Source: Macrostomum lignano
Lineage: Eukaryota
Assembly: GCA_002269645.1 (NCBI GenBank)
Contig: NIVC01003729.1
Span: forward strand, 16,216 to 80,215
DNA: 64,000 nt
Reading direction: 5' to 3'
In this document: piece by piece, positions 15,001-28,755 of the stretch
Numbering within the stretch: the first letter of the stretch is position 1
Layout: each line of letters begins with the position of its first letter
Notes under the pieces: generated by a model
Database searches by the model: none
What the model was told of the DNA's origin: nothing
What the model saw: only the letters and a program-made list of their open reading frames with translations
Translations under genes and position numbers: made by a program

Positions 15001-18000
15001 GCTTAACTGCAGGTGTCTGTAGAGTGTTAACTGCAGGTGTCTGTAGAGTGCTTAACTGCCTGTAGAGTGCTTAACTGCAGGTCTGTAGAGTGCTTAACTG
15101 CAGGTGTCTGTAGAGTGTTTAACTGCAGGTGTCTGTAGAGTGCTTAACTGCAGGTGTCTGTAGAGTGCTTAACTGCAGGTGTCTGTAGAGTGTTTAACTG
15201 CCTGTCAGAGTGCTTATCTGAGTCTAGAGAGCTTAACTGCAGGTGTCTGTAGAGTGTTTAACTGCAGGTGTCTGTAGAGTGCTTAACTGCAGGTGTCTGT
15301 AGAGTGCTTAACTGCAGGTGTCTGTAGAGTGTTTAACTGCAGGTGTCTGTAGAGTGCTTAACTACAGGTGTCTGTAGAGTGCTTAACTGCAGGTGTCTGT
15401 AGAGTGTTTAACTGCAGGTGTCTGTAGAGTGCTTAACTACAGGTGTCTGTAGAGTGCTTAACTGCAGGTGTCTGTAGAGTGTTTAACTGCAGGTGTCTGT
15501 AGAGTGCTTAACTACAGGTGTCTGTAGAGTGCTTAACTGCAGGTGTCTGTAGAGTGTTTAACTGCAGGTGTCTGTAGAGTGCTTAACTACAGGTGTCTGT
15601 AGAGTGCTTAACTGCAGGTGTCTGTAGAGTGTTTAACTGCAGGTGTCTGTAGAGTGCTTAACTACAGGTGTCTGTAGAGTGCTTAACTGCAGGTGTCTGT
15701 AGAGTGCTTAACTGCAGGTGTCTGTAGAGTGCTTAACTGCAGGTGTCTGTAGAGTGCTTAACTGCAGGTGTCTGTAGAGTGCTTAACTGCAGGTGTCTGT
15801 AGAGTGCTTAACTGCAGGTGTCTGTAGAGTGCTTAACTGCAGGTGTCTGTAGAGTGCTTAACTGCAGGTGTCTGTAGAGTGCTTAACTGCAGGTGTCTGT
15901 AGAGTGCTTAACTGCAGGTGTCTGTAGAGTGCTTAACTGCAGGTGTCTGTAGAGTGCTTAACTGCAGGTGTCTGTAGAGTGCTTAACTGCAGGTGTCTGT
16001 AGAGTGCTTAACTGCAGGTGTCTGTAGAGTGCTTAACTGCAGGTGTCTGTAGAGTGCTTAACTGCAGGTGTCTGTAGAGTGCTTAACTGCAGGTGTCTGT
16101 AGAGTGCTTAACTGCAGGTGTCTGTAGAGTGCTTAACTGCAGGTGTCTGTAGAGTGCTTAACTGCAGGTGTCTGTAGAGTGTTAACTGCAGGTGTCTGTA
16201 GAGTGCTTAACTGCAGGTGTCTGTAGAGTGCTTAACTGCTGTAGAGTGCTTAACTGCAGGTCTGTAGAGTGCTTAACTGCAGGTGTCTGTAGAGTGCTTA
16301 ACTGCAGGTGTCTGTAGAGTGTTAACTGCAGAGTGTCTGTAGAGTGCTTAACTGCAGGTGTCTGTAGAGTGTTAACTGCAGGTGTCTGTAGAGTGCTTAA
16401 CTGCAGGTGTCTGTAGAGTGCTTAACTGCAGGTGTCTGTAGAGTGTTTAACTGCAGGTGTCTGTAGAGTGCTTAACTACAGGTGTCTGTAGAGTGCTTAA
16501 CTGCAGGTGTCTGTAGAGTGCTTAACTGCAGGTGTCTGTAGAGTGTTTAACTGCAGGTGTCTGTAGAGTGCTTAACTGCAGGTGTCTGTAGAGTGCTTAA
16601 CTGCAGGTGTCTGTAGAGTGTTTAACTGCAGGTGTCTGTAGAGTGCTTAACTGCAGGTGTCTGTAGAGTGCTTAACTGCAGGTGTCTGTAGAGTGTTAAC
16701 TGCAGGTGTCTGTAGAGTGCTTAACTGCAGGTGTCTGTAGAGTGCTTAACTGCAGGTGTCTGTAGAGTGTTAACTGCAGGTGTCTGTAGAGTGCTTAACT
16801 GCAGGTGTCTGTAGAGTGCTTAACTGCAGGTGTCTGTAGAGTGTTAACTGCAGGTGTCTGTAGAGTGCTTAACTGCAGGTGTCTGTAGAGTGCTTAACTG
16901 CAGTGTCTGTAGAGTGCTTAACTGCAGGTGTCTGTAGAGTGTTTAACTGCAGGTGTCTGTAGAGTGCTTAACTGCAGGTCTGTAGAGTGCTTAACTGCAG
17001 GTGTCTGTAGAGTGTTAACTGCAGGTGTCTGTAGAGTGTTAACTGCAGGTGTCTGTAGAGTGCTTAACTGCAGGTGTCTGTAGAGTGCTTAACTGCAGGT
17101 GTCTGTAGAGTGTTAACTGCAGGTGTCTGTAGAGTGTTAACTGCAGGTGTCTGTAGAGTGCTTAACTGCAGGTGTCTGTAGAGTGTTTAACTGCAGGTGT
17201 CTGTAGAGTGCTTAACTGCAGGTGTCTGTAGAGTGCTTAACTGCAGGTGTCTGTAGAGTGTTTAACTGCAGGTGTCTGTAGAGTGCTTAACTACAGGTGT
17301 CTGTAGAGTGCTTAACTGCAGGTGTCTGTAGAGTGTTTAACTGCAGGTGTCTGTAGAGTGCTTAACTGCAGGTGTCTGTAGAGTGCTTAACTGCAGGTGT
17401 CTGTAGAGTGTTAACTGCAGGTGTCTGTAGAGTGTTTAACTGCCTGTCAGAGTGCTTATCTACAGGTCTGTAGAGTGCTTAACTGCAGGTGTCTGTAGAG
17501 TGTTTAACTGCAGGTGTCTGTAGAGTGCTTAACTACAGGTGTCTGTAGAGTGCTTAACTGCAGGTGTCTGTAGAGTGTTTAACTGCAGGTGTCTGTAGAG
17601 TGCTTAACTACAGGTGTCTGTAGAGTGCTTAACTGCAGGTGTCTGTAGAGTGTTTAACTGCAGGTGTCTGTAGAGTGCTTAACTACAGGTGTCTGTAGAG
17701 TGCTTAACTGCAGGTGTCTGTAGAGTGTTTAACTGCAGGTGTCTGTAGAGTGCTTAACTGCAGGTGTCTGTAGAGTGCTTAACTGCAGGTGTCTGTAGAG
17801 TGTTTAACTGCAGGTGTCTGTAGAGTGCTTAACTACAGGTGTCTGTAGAGTGCTTAACTGCAGGTGTCTGTAGAGTGTTTAACTGCAGGTGTCTGTAGAG
17901 TGCTTAACTACAGGTGTCTGTAGAGTGCTTAACTGCAGGTGTCTGTAGAGTGTTTAACTGCAGGTGTCTGTAGAGTGCTTAACTACAGGTGTCTGTAGAG

Positions 18001-21000
18001 TGCTTAACTGCAGGTGTCTGTAGAGTGTTAACTGCAGGTGTCTGTAGAGTGCTTAACTGCAGGTGTCTGTAGAGTGCTTAACTGCAGGTGTCTGTAGAGT
18101 GTTAACTGCAGGTGTCTGTAGAGTGCTTAACTGCAGGTGTCTGTAGAGTGCTTAACTGCAGTGTCTGTAGAGTGCTTAACTGCAGTGTCTGTAGAGTGCT
18201 TAACTGCAGGTGTCTGTAGAGTGTTTAACTGCCTGTCAGAGTGCTTATCTACAGTCGTAGAGTGCTTAACTGCAGGTGTCTGTAGAGTGTTTAACTGCAG
18301 GTGTCTGTAGAGTGTTTAACTGCAGGTGTCTGTAGAGTGCTTAACTGCAGGTGTCTGTAGAGTGTTTAACTGCAGGTGTCTGTAGAGTGCTTAACTGCAG
18401 GTGTCTGTAGAGTGCTTAACTGCAGGTGTCTGTAGAGTGTTTAACTGCAGGTGTCTGTAGAGTGCTTAACTGCAGGTGTCTGTAGAGTGTTTAACTGCAG
18501 GTGTCTGTAGAGTGCTTAACTGCAGGTGTCTGTAGAGTGCTTAACTGCAGGTGTCTGTAGAGTGTTTAACTGCAGGTGTCTGTAGAGTGCTTAACTGCAG
18601 GTGTCTGTAGAGTGCTTAACTGCAGGTGTCTGTAGAGTGTTTAACTGCTGTCAGAGTGCTTATCTACAGAGTCTGTAGAGTGCTTAACTGCAGGTGTCTG
18701 TAGAGTGTTTAACTGCAGGTGTCTGTAGAGTGCTTAACTACAGGTGTCTGTAGAGTGCTTAACTGCAGGTGTCTGTAGAGTGTTTAACTGCAGGTGTCTG
18801 TAGAGTGTTTAACTGCAGGTGTCTGTAGAGTGCTTAACTGCAGGTGTCTGTAGAGTGCTTAACTGCAGGTGTCTGTAGAGTGTTTAACTGCTGTCAGAGT
18901 GCTTATCTACAAAGAGTCCGTAGAGTGCTTAACTGCAGGTGTCTGTAGAGTGTTTAACTGCAGGTGTCTGTAGAGTGCTTAACTACAGGTGTCTGTAGAG
19001 TGCTTAACTGCAGGTGTCTGTAGAGTGTTTAACTGCAGGTGTCTGTAGAGTGCTTAACTACAGGTGTCTGTAGAGTGCTTAACTGCAGGTGTCTGTAGAG
19101 TGTTTAACTGCAGGTGTCTGTAGAGTGCTTAACTGCAGGTGTCTGTAGAGTGCTTAACTGCAGGTGTCTGTAGAGTGTTTAACTGCAGGTGTCTGTAGAG
19201 TGTTTAACTGCAGGTGTCTGTAGAGTGCTTAACTGCAGGTGTCTGTAGAGTGCTTAACTGCAGGTGTCTGTAGAGTGTTTCACTGCATGTGTCTGTAGAG
19301 TGTTTAACTACAGGTGTCTGTAGAGTGTTAACTGCTGTCAGAGTGCTTATCTACAAAGAGTCCGTAGAGTGCTTAACTGCAGGTGTCTGTAGAGTGCTTA
19401 ACTGCAGGTGTCTGTAGAGTGCTTAACTGCAGGTGTCTGTAGAGTTTAACTGCAGGTGTCTGTAGAGTTTAACTGCAGGTGTCTGTAGAGTTTAACTGCA
19501 GGTGTCTGTAGAGTGCTTAACTGCAGGTGTCTGTAGAGTGCTTAACTGCAGGTGTCTGTAGAGTGCTTAACTACAGGTGTCTGTAGAGTGCTTAACTGCC
19601 TGTCAGAGTGCTTATCTACAAAGAGTCCGTAGAGTGCTTAACTGCAGGTGTCTGTAGAGTGTTTAACTGCAGGTGTCTGTAGAGTGCTTAACTGCAGGTG
19701 TCTGTAGAGTGCTTAACTGCAGGTGTCTGTAGAGTGCTTAACTGCAGGTGTCTGTAGAGTGCTTAACTGCAGGTGTCTGTAGAGTGCTTAACTGCAGGTG
19801 TCTGTAGAGTGCTTAACTGCAGGTGTCTGTAGAGTGCTTAACTGCAGTGTCTGTAGAGTGCTTAACTGCAGGTGTCTGTAGAGTGCTTAACTGCAGGTGT
19901 CTGTAGAGTGCTTAACTGCAGGTGTCTGTAGAGTGCTTAACTGCAGGTGTCTGTAGAGTGCTTAACTGCAGGTGTCTGTAGAGTTTAACTGCAGGTGTCT
20001 GTAGAGTGCTTAACTGCAGGTGTCTGTAGAGTGTTAACTGCAGTGTCTGTAGAGTGCTTAACTGCAGGTGTCTGTAGAGTGTTTAACTGCAGGTGTCTGT
20101 AGAGTGCTTAACTGCAGGTGTCTGTAGAGTGCTTAACTGCAGGTGTCTGTAGAGTGCTTAACTGCAGGTGTCTGTAGAGTGCTTAACTGCAGGTGTCTGT
20201 AGAGTGCTTAACTGCAGGTGTCTGTAGAGTGTTTAACTGCAGGTGTCTGTAGAGTGCTTAACTGCAGGTGTCTGTAGAGTGCTTAACTGCAGGTGTCTGT
20301 AGAGTGCTTAACTGCAGGTGTCTGTAGAGTGTTTAACTGCAGGTGTCTGTAGAGTGCTTAACTGCAGGTGTCTGTAGAGTGCTTAACTGCCTGTCAGAGT
20401 GCTTATCTACAAAGAGTCCGTAGAGTGCTTAACTGCAGGTGTCTGTAGAGTGCTTAACTGCAGGTGTCTGTAGAGTTTAACTGCAGGTGTCTGTAGAGTG
20501 CTTAACTGCAGGTGTCTGTAGAGTTTAACTGCAGGTGTCTGTAGAGTGCTTAACTGCAGGTGTCTGTAGAGTGCTTAACTGCAAGTGTCTGTAGAGTGCT
20601 TAACTACAGGTGTCTGTAGAGTGCTTAACTGCCTGTCAGAGTGCTTATCTACAAAGAGTCCGTAGAGTGCTTAACTGCAGGTGTCTGTAGAGTGTTTAAC
20701 TGCAGGTGTCTGTAGAGTGCTTAACTGCAGGTGTCTGTAGAGTGTTTAACTGCAGGTGTCTGTAGAGTTTAACTGCAGGTGTCTGTAGAGTGCTTAACTG
20801 CAGGTGTCTGTAGAGTGCTTAACTGCAGTGTCTGTAGAGTGCTTAACTGCAGGTGTCTGTAGAGTGCTTAACTGCAAGTGTCTGTAGAGTGCTTAACTGC
20901 AGGTGTCTGTAGAGTGCTTAACTGCAGGTGTCTGTAGAGTGTTTAACTGCATGTGTCTGTAGAGTGTTAACTGCAGGTGTCTGTAGAGTGCTTAACTGCA

Positions 21001-24000
21001 GGTGTCTGTAGAGTGTTAACTGCAGGTGTCTGTAGAGTGTTTAACTGCAGGTGTCTGTAGAGTGTTTAACTGCAGGTGTCTGTAGAGTGCTTAACTGCAG
21101 GTGTCTGTAGAGTGCTTAACTGCAGGTGTCTGTAGAGTTTAACTGCAGGTGTCTGTAGAGTGCTTAACTGCAGGTGTCTGTAGAGTGCTTAACTGCAGTG
21201 TCTGTAGAGTGCTTAACTGCAGGTGTCTGTAGAGTGTTTAACTGCAGTGTCTGTAGAGTGTTTAACTGCAGGTGTCTGTAGAGTGTTTAACTGCAGGTGT
21301 CTGTAGAGTGCTTAACTGCAGGTGTCTGTAGAGTGTTAACTGCAGTGTCTGTAGAGTGTTTAACTGCAGGTGTCTGTAGAGTGCTTAACTGCAGGTGTCT
21401 GTAGAGTGCTTAACTGCAGGTGTCTGTAGAGTGCTTAACTGCAGGTGTCTGTAGAGTGTTTAACTGCAGGTGTCTGTAGAGTGCTTAACTGCAGGTGTCT
21501 GTAGAGTGCTTAACTGCAGGTGTCTGTAGAGTGCTCAACTGCAGGTGTCTGTAGAGTGCTTAACTGCAGGTGTCTGTAGAGTGCTTAACTGCAGGTGTCT
21601 GTAGAGTGTTTAACTGCAGGTGTCTGTAGAGTGCTTAACTGCAGGTGTCTGTAGAGTGCTTAACTGCAGGTGTCTGTAGAGTGCTTAACTGCAGTGTCTG
21701 TAGAGTGTTTAACTGCAAGTGTCTGTAGAGTGTTTAACTGCAGGTGTCTGTAGAGTGCTTAACTGCAGGTGTCTGTAGAGTGCTTAACTGCAGGTGTCTG
21801 TAGAGTGTTTCACTGCATGTGTCTGTAGAGTGTTTAACTACAGGTGTCTGTAGAGTGCTTAACTACAGGTGTCTGTAGAGTGCTTAACTGCAGGTGTCTG
21901 TAGAGTGCTCAACTGCAGGTGTCTGTAGAGTGTTTAACTGCAGGTGTCTGTAGAGTGCTTAACTGCAGGTGTCTGTAGAGTGCTCAACTGCAGGTGTCTG
22001 TAGAGTGCTCAACTGCAGGTGTCTGTAGAGTGCTTAACTGCAGGTGTCTGTAGAGTTCTCAACTGCAGGTGTCTGTAGAGTGCTTAACTGCAGGTGTCTG
22101 TAGAGTGCTTAACTGCAGGTGTCTGTAGAGTGCTTAACTGCAGGTGTCTGTAGAGTGCTTAACTACAGGTGTCTGTAGAGTGCTTAACTGCAGGTGTCTG
22201 TAGAGTGCTTAACTACAGGTGTCTGTAGAGTGCTTAACTGCAGGTGTCTGTAGAGTGTTTAACTGCAGGTGTCTGTAGAGTGTTTAACTGCAGGTGTCTG
22301 TAGAGTGCTTAACTACAGGTGTCTGTAGAGTGCTTAACTGCAGGTGTCTGTAGAGTGTTTAACTGCAGGTGTCTGTAGAGTGCTTAACTACAGGTGTCTG
22401 TAGAGTGCTTAACTGCCTGTCAGAGTGCTTATCTACAAAGAGTCCGTAGAGTGCTTAACTGCAGGTGTCTGTAGAGTGCTTAACTGCAGGTGTCTGTAGA
22501 GTGTTTAACTGCAGGTGTCCGTAGAGTGCTTAACTGCAGGTGTCTGTAGAGTGTTTAACTGCCTGTCAGAGTGCTTATCTACAAAGAGTCCGTAGAGTGC
22601 TTAACTGCAGGTGACTGTAGAGTGTTTAACTGCAGGTGTCTGTAGAGTGTTTAACTACAGGTGTCTGTAGAGTGCTTAACTGCAGGTGTCTGTAGAGTGC
22701 CAGCTTAACTGCAGGTGTCTGTAGAGTGTTTAACTGCAGGTGTCTGTAGAGTGCTTAACTACAGGTGTCTGTAGAGTGCTTAACTGCAGGTGTCTGTAGA
22801 GTGTTTAACTGCAGGTGTCTGTAGAGTGCTTAACTACTGGTGTCTGTAGAGTGCTTAACTGCAGGTGTCTGTAGAGTGTTTAACTGCAGGTGTCTGTAGA
22901 GTGCTTAACTGCAGGTGTCTGTAGAGTGCTTAACTGCAGGTGTCTGTAGAGTTCAACTGCAGGTGTCTGTAGAGTGCTTAACTGCAGGTGTCTTTAGAGT
23001 GCTTAACTGCAAGTGTCTGTAGAGTGCTTAACTGCAAGTGTCTGTAGAGTGTTTAACTGCAAGTGTCTGTAGAGTGTTTAACTGCCTGTCAGAGTGCTTA
23101 TCTACAAAGAGTCCGTAGAGTGCCAGCTTAACTGCAGGTGTCTGTAGAGTGTTTAACTGCAGGTGTCTGTAGAGTGTTTAACTGCAGGTGTCTGTAGAGT
23201 GCTTAACTGCAGGTGTCTGTAGAGTGTTTAACTGCCTGTCAGAGTGCTTATCTACAAAGAGTCCGTAGAGTGCCAGCTTAACTGCAGGTGTCTGTAGAGT
23301 GTTTAACTGCAAGTGTCTGTAGAGTGCTTAACTACAGGTGTCTGTAGAGTGCTTAACTGCAGGTGTCTGTAGAGTGTTTAACTGCAGGTGTCTGTAGAGT
23401 GCTTAACTACAGGTGTCTGTAGAGTGCTTAACTGCAGGTGTCTGTAGAGTGTTTAACTGCAGGTGTCTGTAGAGTGCTTAACTGCAGGTGTCTGTAGAGT
23501 GCTTAACTGCAGGTGTCTGTAGAGTTTAACTGCAGGTGTCTGTAGAGTGCTTAACTGCAGGTGTCTGTAGAGTGCTTAACTGCAAGTGTCTGTAGAGTGC
23601 TTAACTGCAAGTGTCTGTAGAGTGTTTAACTGCAAGTGTCTGTAGAATGTTTAACTGCCTGTCAGAGTGCTTATCTACAAAGAGTCCGTAGAGTGCCAGC
23701 TTAACTGCAGGTGTCTGTAGAGTGTTTAACTGCAGGTGTCTGTAGAGTGTTTAACTGCAGGTGTCTGTAGAGTGCTTAACTGCAGGTGTCTGTAGAGTGT
23801 TTAACTGCCTGTCAGAGTGCTTATCTAAAAAGAGTCCATAGAGTGCCAGCTTAACTGCAGGTGTCTGTAGAGTGTTTAACTGCAGGTGTCTGTAGAGTGC
23901 TTAACTACAGGTGTCTGTAGAGTGTTTAACTGCCTGTCAGAGTGCTTATCTACAAAGAGTCCGTAGAGTGCCAGCTTAACTGCAGGTGTCTGTAGAGTGT

Positions 24001-27000
24001 TTAACTGCAGGTGTCTGTAGAGTGCTTAACTACAGGTGTCTGTAGAGTGCTTAACTGCAGGTGTCTGTAGAGTGTTTAACTGCAGGTGTCTGTAGAGTGC
24101 TTAACTACAGGTGTCTGTAGAGTGCTTAACTGCAGGTGTCTGTAGAGTGTTTAACTGCAGGTGTCTGTAGAGTGCTTAACTACAGGTGTCTGTAGAGTGC
24201 TTAACTGCAGGTGTCTGTAGAGTGCTTAACTGCAGGTGTCTGTAGAGTGCTCAACTGCAGGTGTCTGTAGAGTGTTTAACTGCAGGTGTCTGTAGAGTGC
24301 TTAACTGCAGGTGTCTGTAGAGTGCTCAACTGCAGGTGTCTGTAGAGTGCTCAACTGCAGGTGTCTGTAGAGTGCTTAACTGCAGGTGTCTGTAGAGTGC
24401 TCAACTGCAGGTGTCTGTAGAGTGTTTAACTGCAGGTGTCTGTAGAGTGCTTAACTGCAGGTGTCTGTAGAGTGTTTCACTGCAGGTGTCTGTAGAGTGC
24501 TTAACTACAGGTGTCTGTAGAGTGCTTAACTGCAGGTGTCTGTAGAGTGCTTAACTACAGGTGTCTGTAGAGTGCTTAACTGCAGGTGTCTGTAGAGTGC
24601 TTAACTGCAGGTGTCTGTAGAGTGCTCAACTGCAGGTGTCTGTAGAGTGTTTAACTGCAGGTGTCTGTAGAGTGCTTAACTGCAGGTGTCTGTAGAGTGC
24701 TCAACTGCAGGTGTCTGTAGAGTGCTCAACTGCAGGTGTCTGTAGAGTGCTTAACTGCAGGTGTCTGTAGAGTGCTCAACTGCAGGTGTCTGTAGAGTGT
24801 TTAACTGCAGGTGTCTGTAGAGTGCTTAACTGCAGGTGTATGTAGAGTGCTTAACTGCAGGTGTCTGTAGAGTGCTTAACTACAGGTGTCTGTAGAGTGC
24901 TTAACTGCAGGTGTCTGTAGAGTGCTTAACTACAGGTGTCTGTAGAGTGCTTAACTGCAGGTGTATGTAGAGTGTTTAACTGCAGGTGTCTGTAGAGTGT
25001 TTAACTGCAGGTGTCTGTAGAGTGCTTAACTACAGGTGTCTGTAGAGTGCTTAACTGCAGGTGTCTGTAGAGTGTTTAACTGCAGGTGTCTGTAGAGTGC
25101 TTAACTACAGGTGTCTGTAGAGTGCTTAACTGCCTGTCAGAGTGCTTATCTACAAAGAGTCCGTAGAGTGCTTAACTGCAGGTGTCTGTAGAGTGTTTAA
25201 CTGCAGGTGTCCGTAGAGTGCTTAACTGCAGGTGTCTGTAGAGTGTTTAACTGCAGGTGTCCGTAGAGTGCTTAACTGCAGGTGTCTGTAGAGTGTTTAA
25301 CTGCCTGTCAGAGTGCTTATCTACAAAGAGTCCGTAGAGTGCTTAACTGCAGGTGACTGTAGAGTGTTTAACTGCAGGTGTCTGTAGAGTGTTTAACTAC
25401 AGGTGTCTGTAGAGTGCTTAACTGCAGGTGTCTGTAGAGTGCCAGCTTAACTGCAGGTGTCTGTAGAGTGTTTAACTGCAGGTGTCTGTAGAGTGCTTAA
25501 CTACAGGTGTCTGTAGAGTGCTTAACTGCAGGTGTCTGTAGAGTGTTTAACTGCAGGTGTCTGTAGAGTGCTTAACTACAGGTGTCTGTAGAGTGCTTAA
25601 CTGCAGGTGTCTGTAGAGTGTTTAACTGCAGGTGTCTGTAGAGTGCTTAACTGCAGGTGTCTGTAGAGTGCTTAACTGCAGGTGTCTGTAGAGTGCTTAA
25701 CTGCAGGTGTCTGTAGAGTGTTTAACTGCAGGTGTCTGTAGAGTGTTTAACTGCAGGTGTCTGTAGAGTGCTTAACTGCAGGTGTCTGTAGAGAGTTTAA
25801 CTGCCTGTCAGAGTGCTTATCTACAAAGAGTCCGTAGAGTGCCAGCTTAACTGCAGGTGTCTGTAGAGTGTTTAACTGCAAGTGTCTGTAGAGTGCTTAA
25901 CTACAGGTGTCTGTAGAGTGCTTAACTGCAGGTGTCTGTAGAGTGCTTAACTGCAGGTGTCTGTAGAGTTTAACTGCAGGTGTCTGTAGAGTGCTTAACT
26001 GCAGGTGTCTGTAGAGTGCTTAACTGCAAGTGTCTGTAGAGTGCTTAACTGCAAGTGTCTGTAGAGTGTTTAACTGCAAGTGTCTGTAGAGTGTTTAACT
26101 GCCTGTCAGAGTGCTTATCTACAAAGAGTCCGTAGAGTGCCAGCTTAACTGCAGGTGTCTGTAGAGTGTTTAACTGCAGGTGTCTGTAGAGTGTTTAACT
26201 GCAGGTGTCTGTAGAGTGCTTAACTGCAGGTGTCTGTAGAGTGTTTAACTGCCTGTCAGAGTGCTTATCTACAAAGAGTCCATAGAGTGCCAGCTTAACT
26301 GCAGGTGTCTGTAGAGTGTTTAACTGCAGGTGTCTGTAGAGTGCTTAACTACAGGTGTCTGTAGAGTGCTTAACTGCAGGTGTCTGTAGAGTGTTTAACT
26401 GCAGGTGTCTGTAAAGTGCTTAACTACAGGTGTCTGTAGAGTGCTTAACTGCAGGTGTCTGTAGAGTGTTTAACTGCCTGTCAGAGTGCTTATCTACAAA
26501 GAGTCCGTAGAGTGCTTGCTTAACTGCAGGTGTCTGTAGAGTGTTTAACTGCAGGTGTCTGTAGAGTGCTTAACTACAGGTGTCTGTAGAGTGCTTAACT
26601 GCAGGTGTCTGTAGAGTGTTTAACTGCAAGTGTCTGTAGAGTGTTTAACTGCAGGTGTCTGTAGAGTGCTTAACTACAGGTGTCTGTAGAGTGCTTAACT
26701 GCAGGTGTCTGTAGAGTGTTTAACTGCCTGTCAGAGTGCTTATCTACAAAGAGTCCGTAGAGTGCCAGCTTAACTGCAGGTGTCTGTAGAGTGTTTAACT
26801 GCAGGTGTCTGTAGAGTGCTTAACTACAGGTGTCTGTAGAGTGCTTAACTGCAGGTGTCTGTAGAGTGTTTAACTGCAGGTGTCTGTAGAGTGCTTAACT
26901 ACAGGTGTCTGTAGAGTGCTTAACTGCAGGTGTCTGTAGAGTGTTTAACTGCAGGTGTCTGTAGAGTGCTTAACTACAGGTGTCTGTAGAGTGCTTAACT

Positions 27001-28440
27001 GCAGGTGTCTGTAGAGTGTTTAACTGCAGGTGTCTGTAGAGTGTTTAACTGCAGGTGTCTGTAGAGTGCTTAACTACAGGTGTCTGTAGAGTGCTTAACT
27101 GCAGGTGTCTGTAGAGTGTTTAACTGCAGGTGTCTGTAGAGTGTTTAACTACAGGTGTCTGTAGAGTGCTTAACTGCCTGTCAGAGTGCTTATCTACAAA
27201 GAGTCCGTAGAGTGCTTAACTGCAGGTGTCTGTAGAGTGCTTAACTGCAGGTGTCTGTAGAGTTTAACTGCAGGTGTCTGTAGAGTTAAACTGCAGGTGT
27301 CTGTAGAGTTTAACTGCAGGTGTCTGTAGAGTTTAACTGCAGGTGTCTGTAGAGTGCTTAACTACAGGTGTCTGTAGAGTGCTTAACTGCAAGTGTCTGT
27401 AGAGTGCTTAACTACAGGTGTCTGTAGAGTGCTTAACTGCCTGTCAGAGTGCTTATCTACAAAGAGTCCGTAGAGTGCTTAACTGCAGGTGTCTGTAGAG
27501 TGTTTAACTGCAGGTGTCTGTAGAGTGCTTAACTGCAGGTGTCTGTAGAGTGCTTAACTGCAGGTGTCTGTAGAGTGCTTAACTGCAGGTGTCTGTAGAG
27601 TGCTTAACTGCAGGTGTCTGTAGAGTTTAACTGCAGGTGTCTGTAGAGTGCTTAACTGCAGGTGTCTGTAGAGTGCTTAACTGCAAGTGTCTGTAGAGTG
27701 CTTAACTACAGGTGTCTGTAGAGTGCTTAACTGCAAGTGTCTGTAGAGTGCTTAACTGCAGGTGTCTGTAGAGTGCTTAACTGCAGGTGTCTGTAGAGTG
27801 CTTAACTGCAGGTGTCTGTAGAGTTTAACTGCAGGTGTCTGTAGAGTGCTTAACTGCAGGTGTCTGTAGAGTGTTTCACTGCATGTGTCTGTAGAGTGCT
27901 CAACTGCAGGTGTCTGTATAGTGTTTAACTGCAGGTGTCTGTAGAGTGCTTAACTGCAGGTGTCTGTAGAGTGCTCAACTGCAGGTGTCTGTAGAGTGCT
28001 CAACTGCAGGTGTCTGTAGAGTGCTTAACTGCAGGTGTCTGTAGAGTGCTCAACTGCAGGTGTCTGTAGAGTGTTTAACTGCAGGTGTCTGTAGAGTGCT
28101 TAACTGCAGGTGTCTGTAGAGTGCTTAACTGCAGGTGTCTGTAGAGTGCTTAACTGCAGGTGTCTGTAGAGTGCTTAACTGCAGGTGTCTGTAGAGTGTT
28201 TAACTGCATGTGTCTGTAGAGTGTTTAACTGCAGGTGTCTGTAGAGTGTTTAACTGCATGTGTCTGTAGAGTGCTCAACTGCAGGTGTCTGTAGAGTGTT
28301 TAACTACAGGTGTCTGTAGAGTGCTTAACTGCAGGTGTCTGTAGAGTGCTTAACTGCAGGTGTCTGTAGAGTGCTTAACTGCAGGTGTCTGTAGAGTGCT
28401 TAACTGCAGGTGTCTGTAGAGTGCTTAACTGCAGGTGTCT
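1..28440. repeat. 25-bp satellite array (GTGTCTGTAGAGTGCTTAACTGCAG), about 1,100 monomers, open at the left edge
   Basis: Continuous tandem monomer with recurrent variants (GCTT/GTTT/GCTC, ACTGCAG/ACTACAG, GCAGG/GCAAG) and a recurring diverged dimer (CTGTCAGAGTGCTTATCTACAAAGAGTCCGTAG). It ends abruptly at 28440. Confidence 0.99.
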
Positions 28441-28755
28441 TCCTTTATACATGTATAGAGCAATAGTTGGTTGTCATTAGATTCAATACTTCAGTTGAGC
28501 AATCTCCAGCAAGAACAAAAATATTTTCCACTTTACATGTAAAAACATTTCCTGAAAAGCTGGAAAATGAAATAAAGCCATAGGATTGGACCTAGGCATT
28601 TGAATTGCGCCAGGGTGCAAATAGAGGTCGAACGACGATATCGAGTAGAAGCCAAGCACCGTCTCTTTGTAGCAGCAAGTTGTAAACTGTATTCTGAGTC
28701 ACCTGTTTGTCACCTTTATCGGTTAATGAAGCTGAGACGACACCCTATGTGAATA

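Noticed and set aside
1-28440. CRISPR-like array; the variant TCTAC...GTAGA stem resembles a Cas12a direct repeat
   Set aside because: There are no unique spacers and no cas genes, and the context is clearly eukaryotic. It is a head-to-tail satellite.
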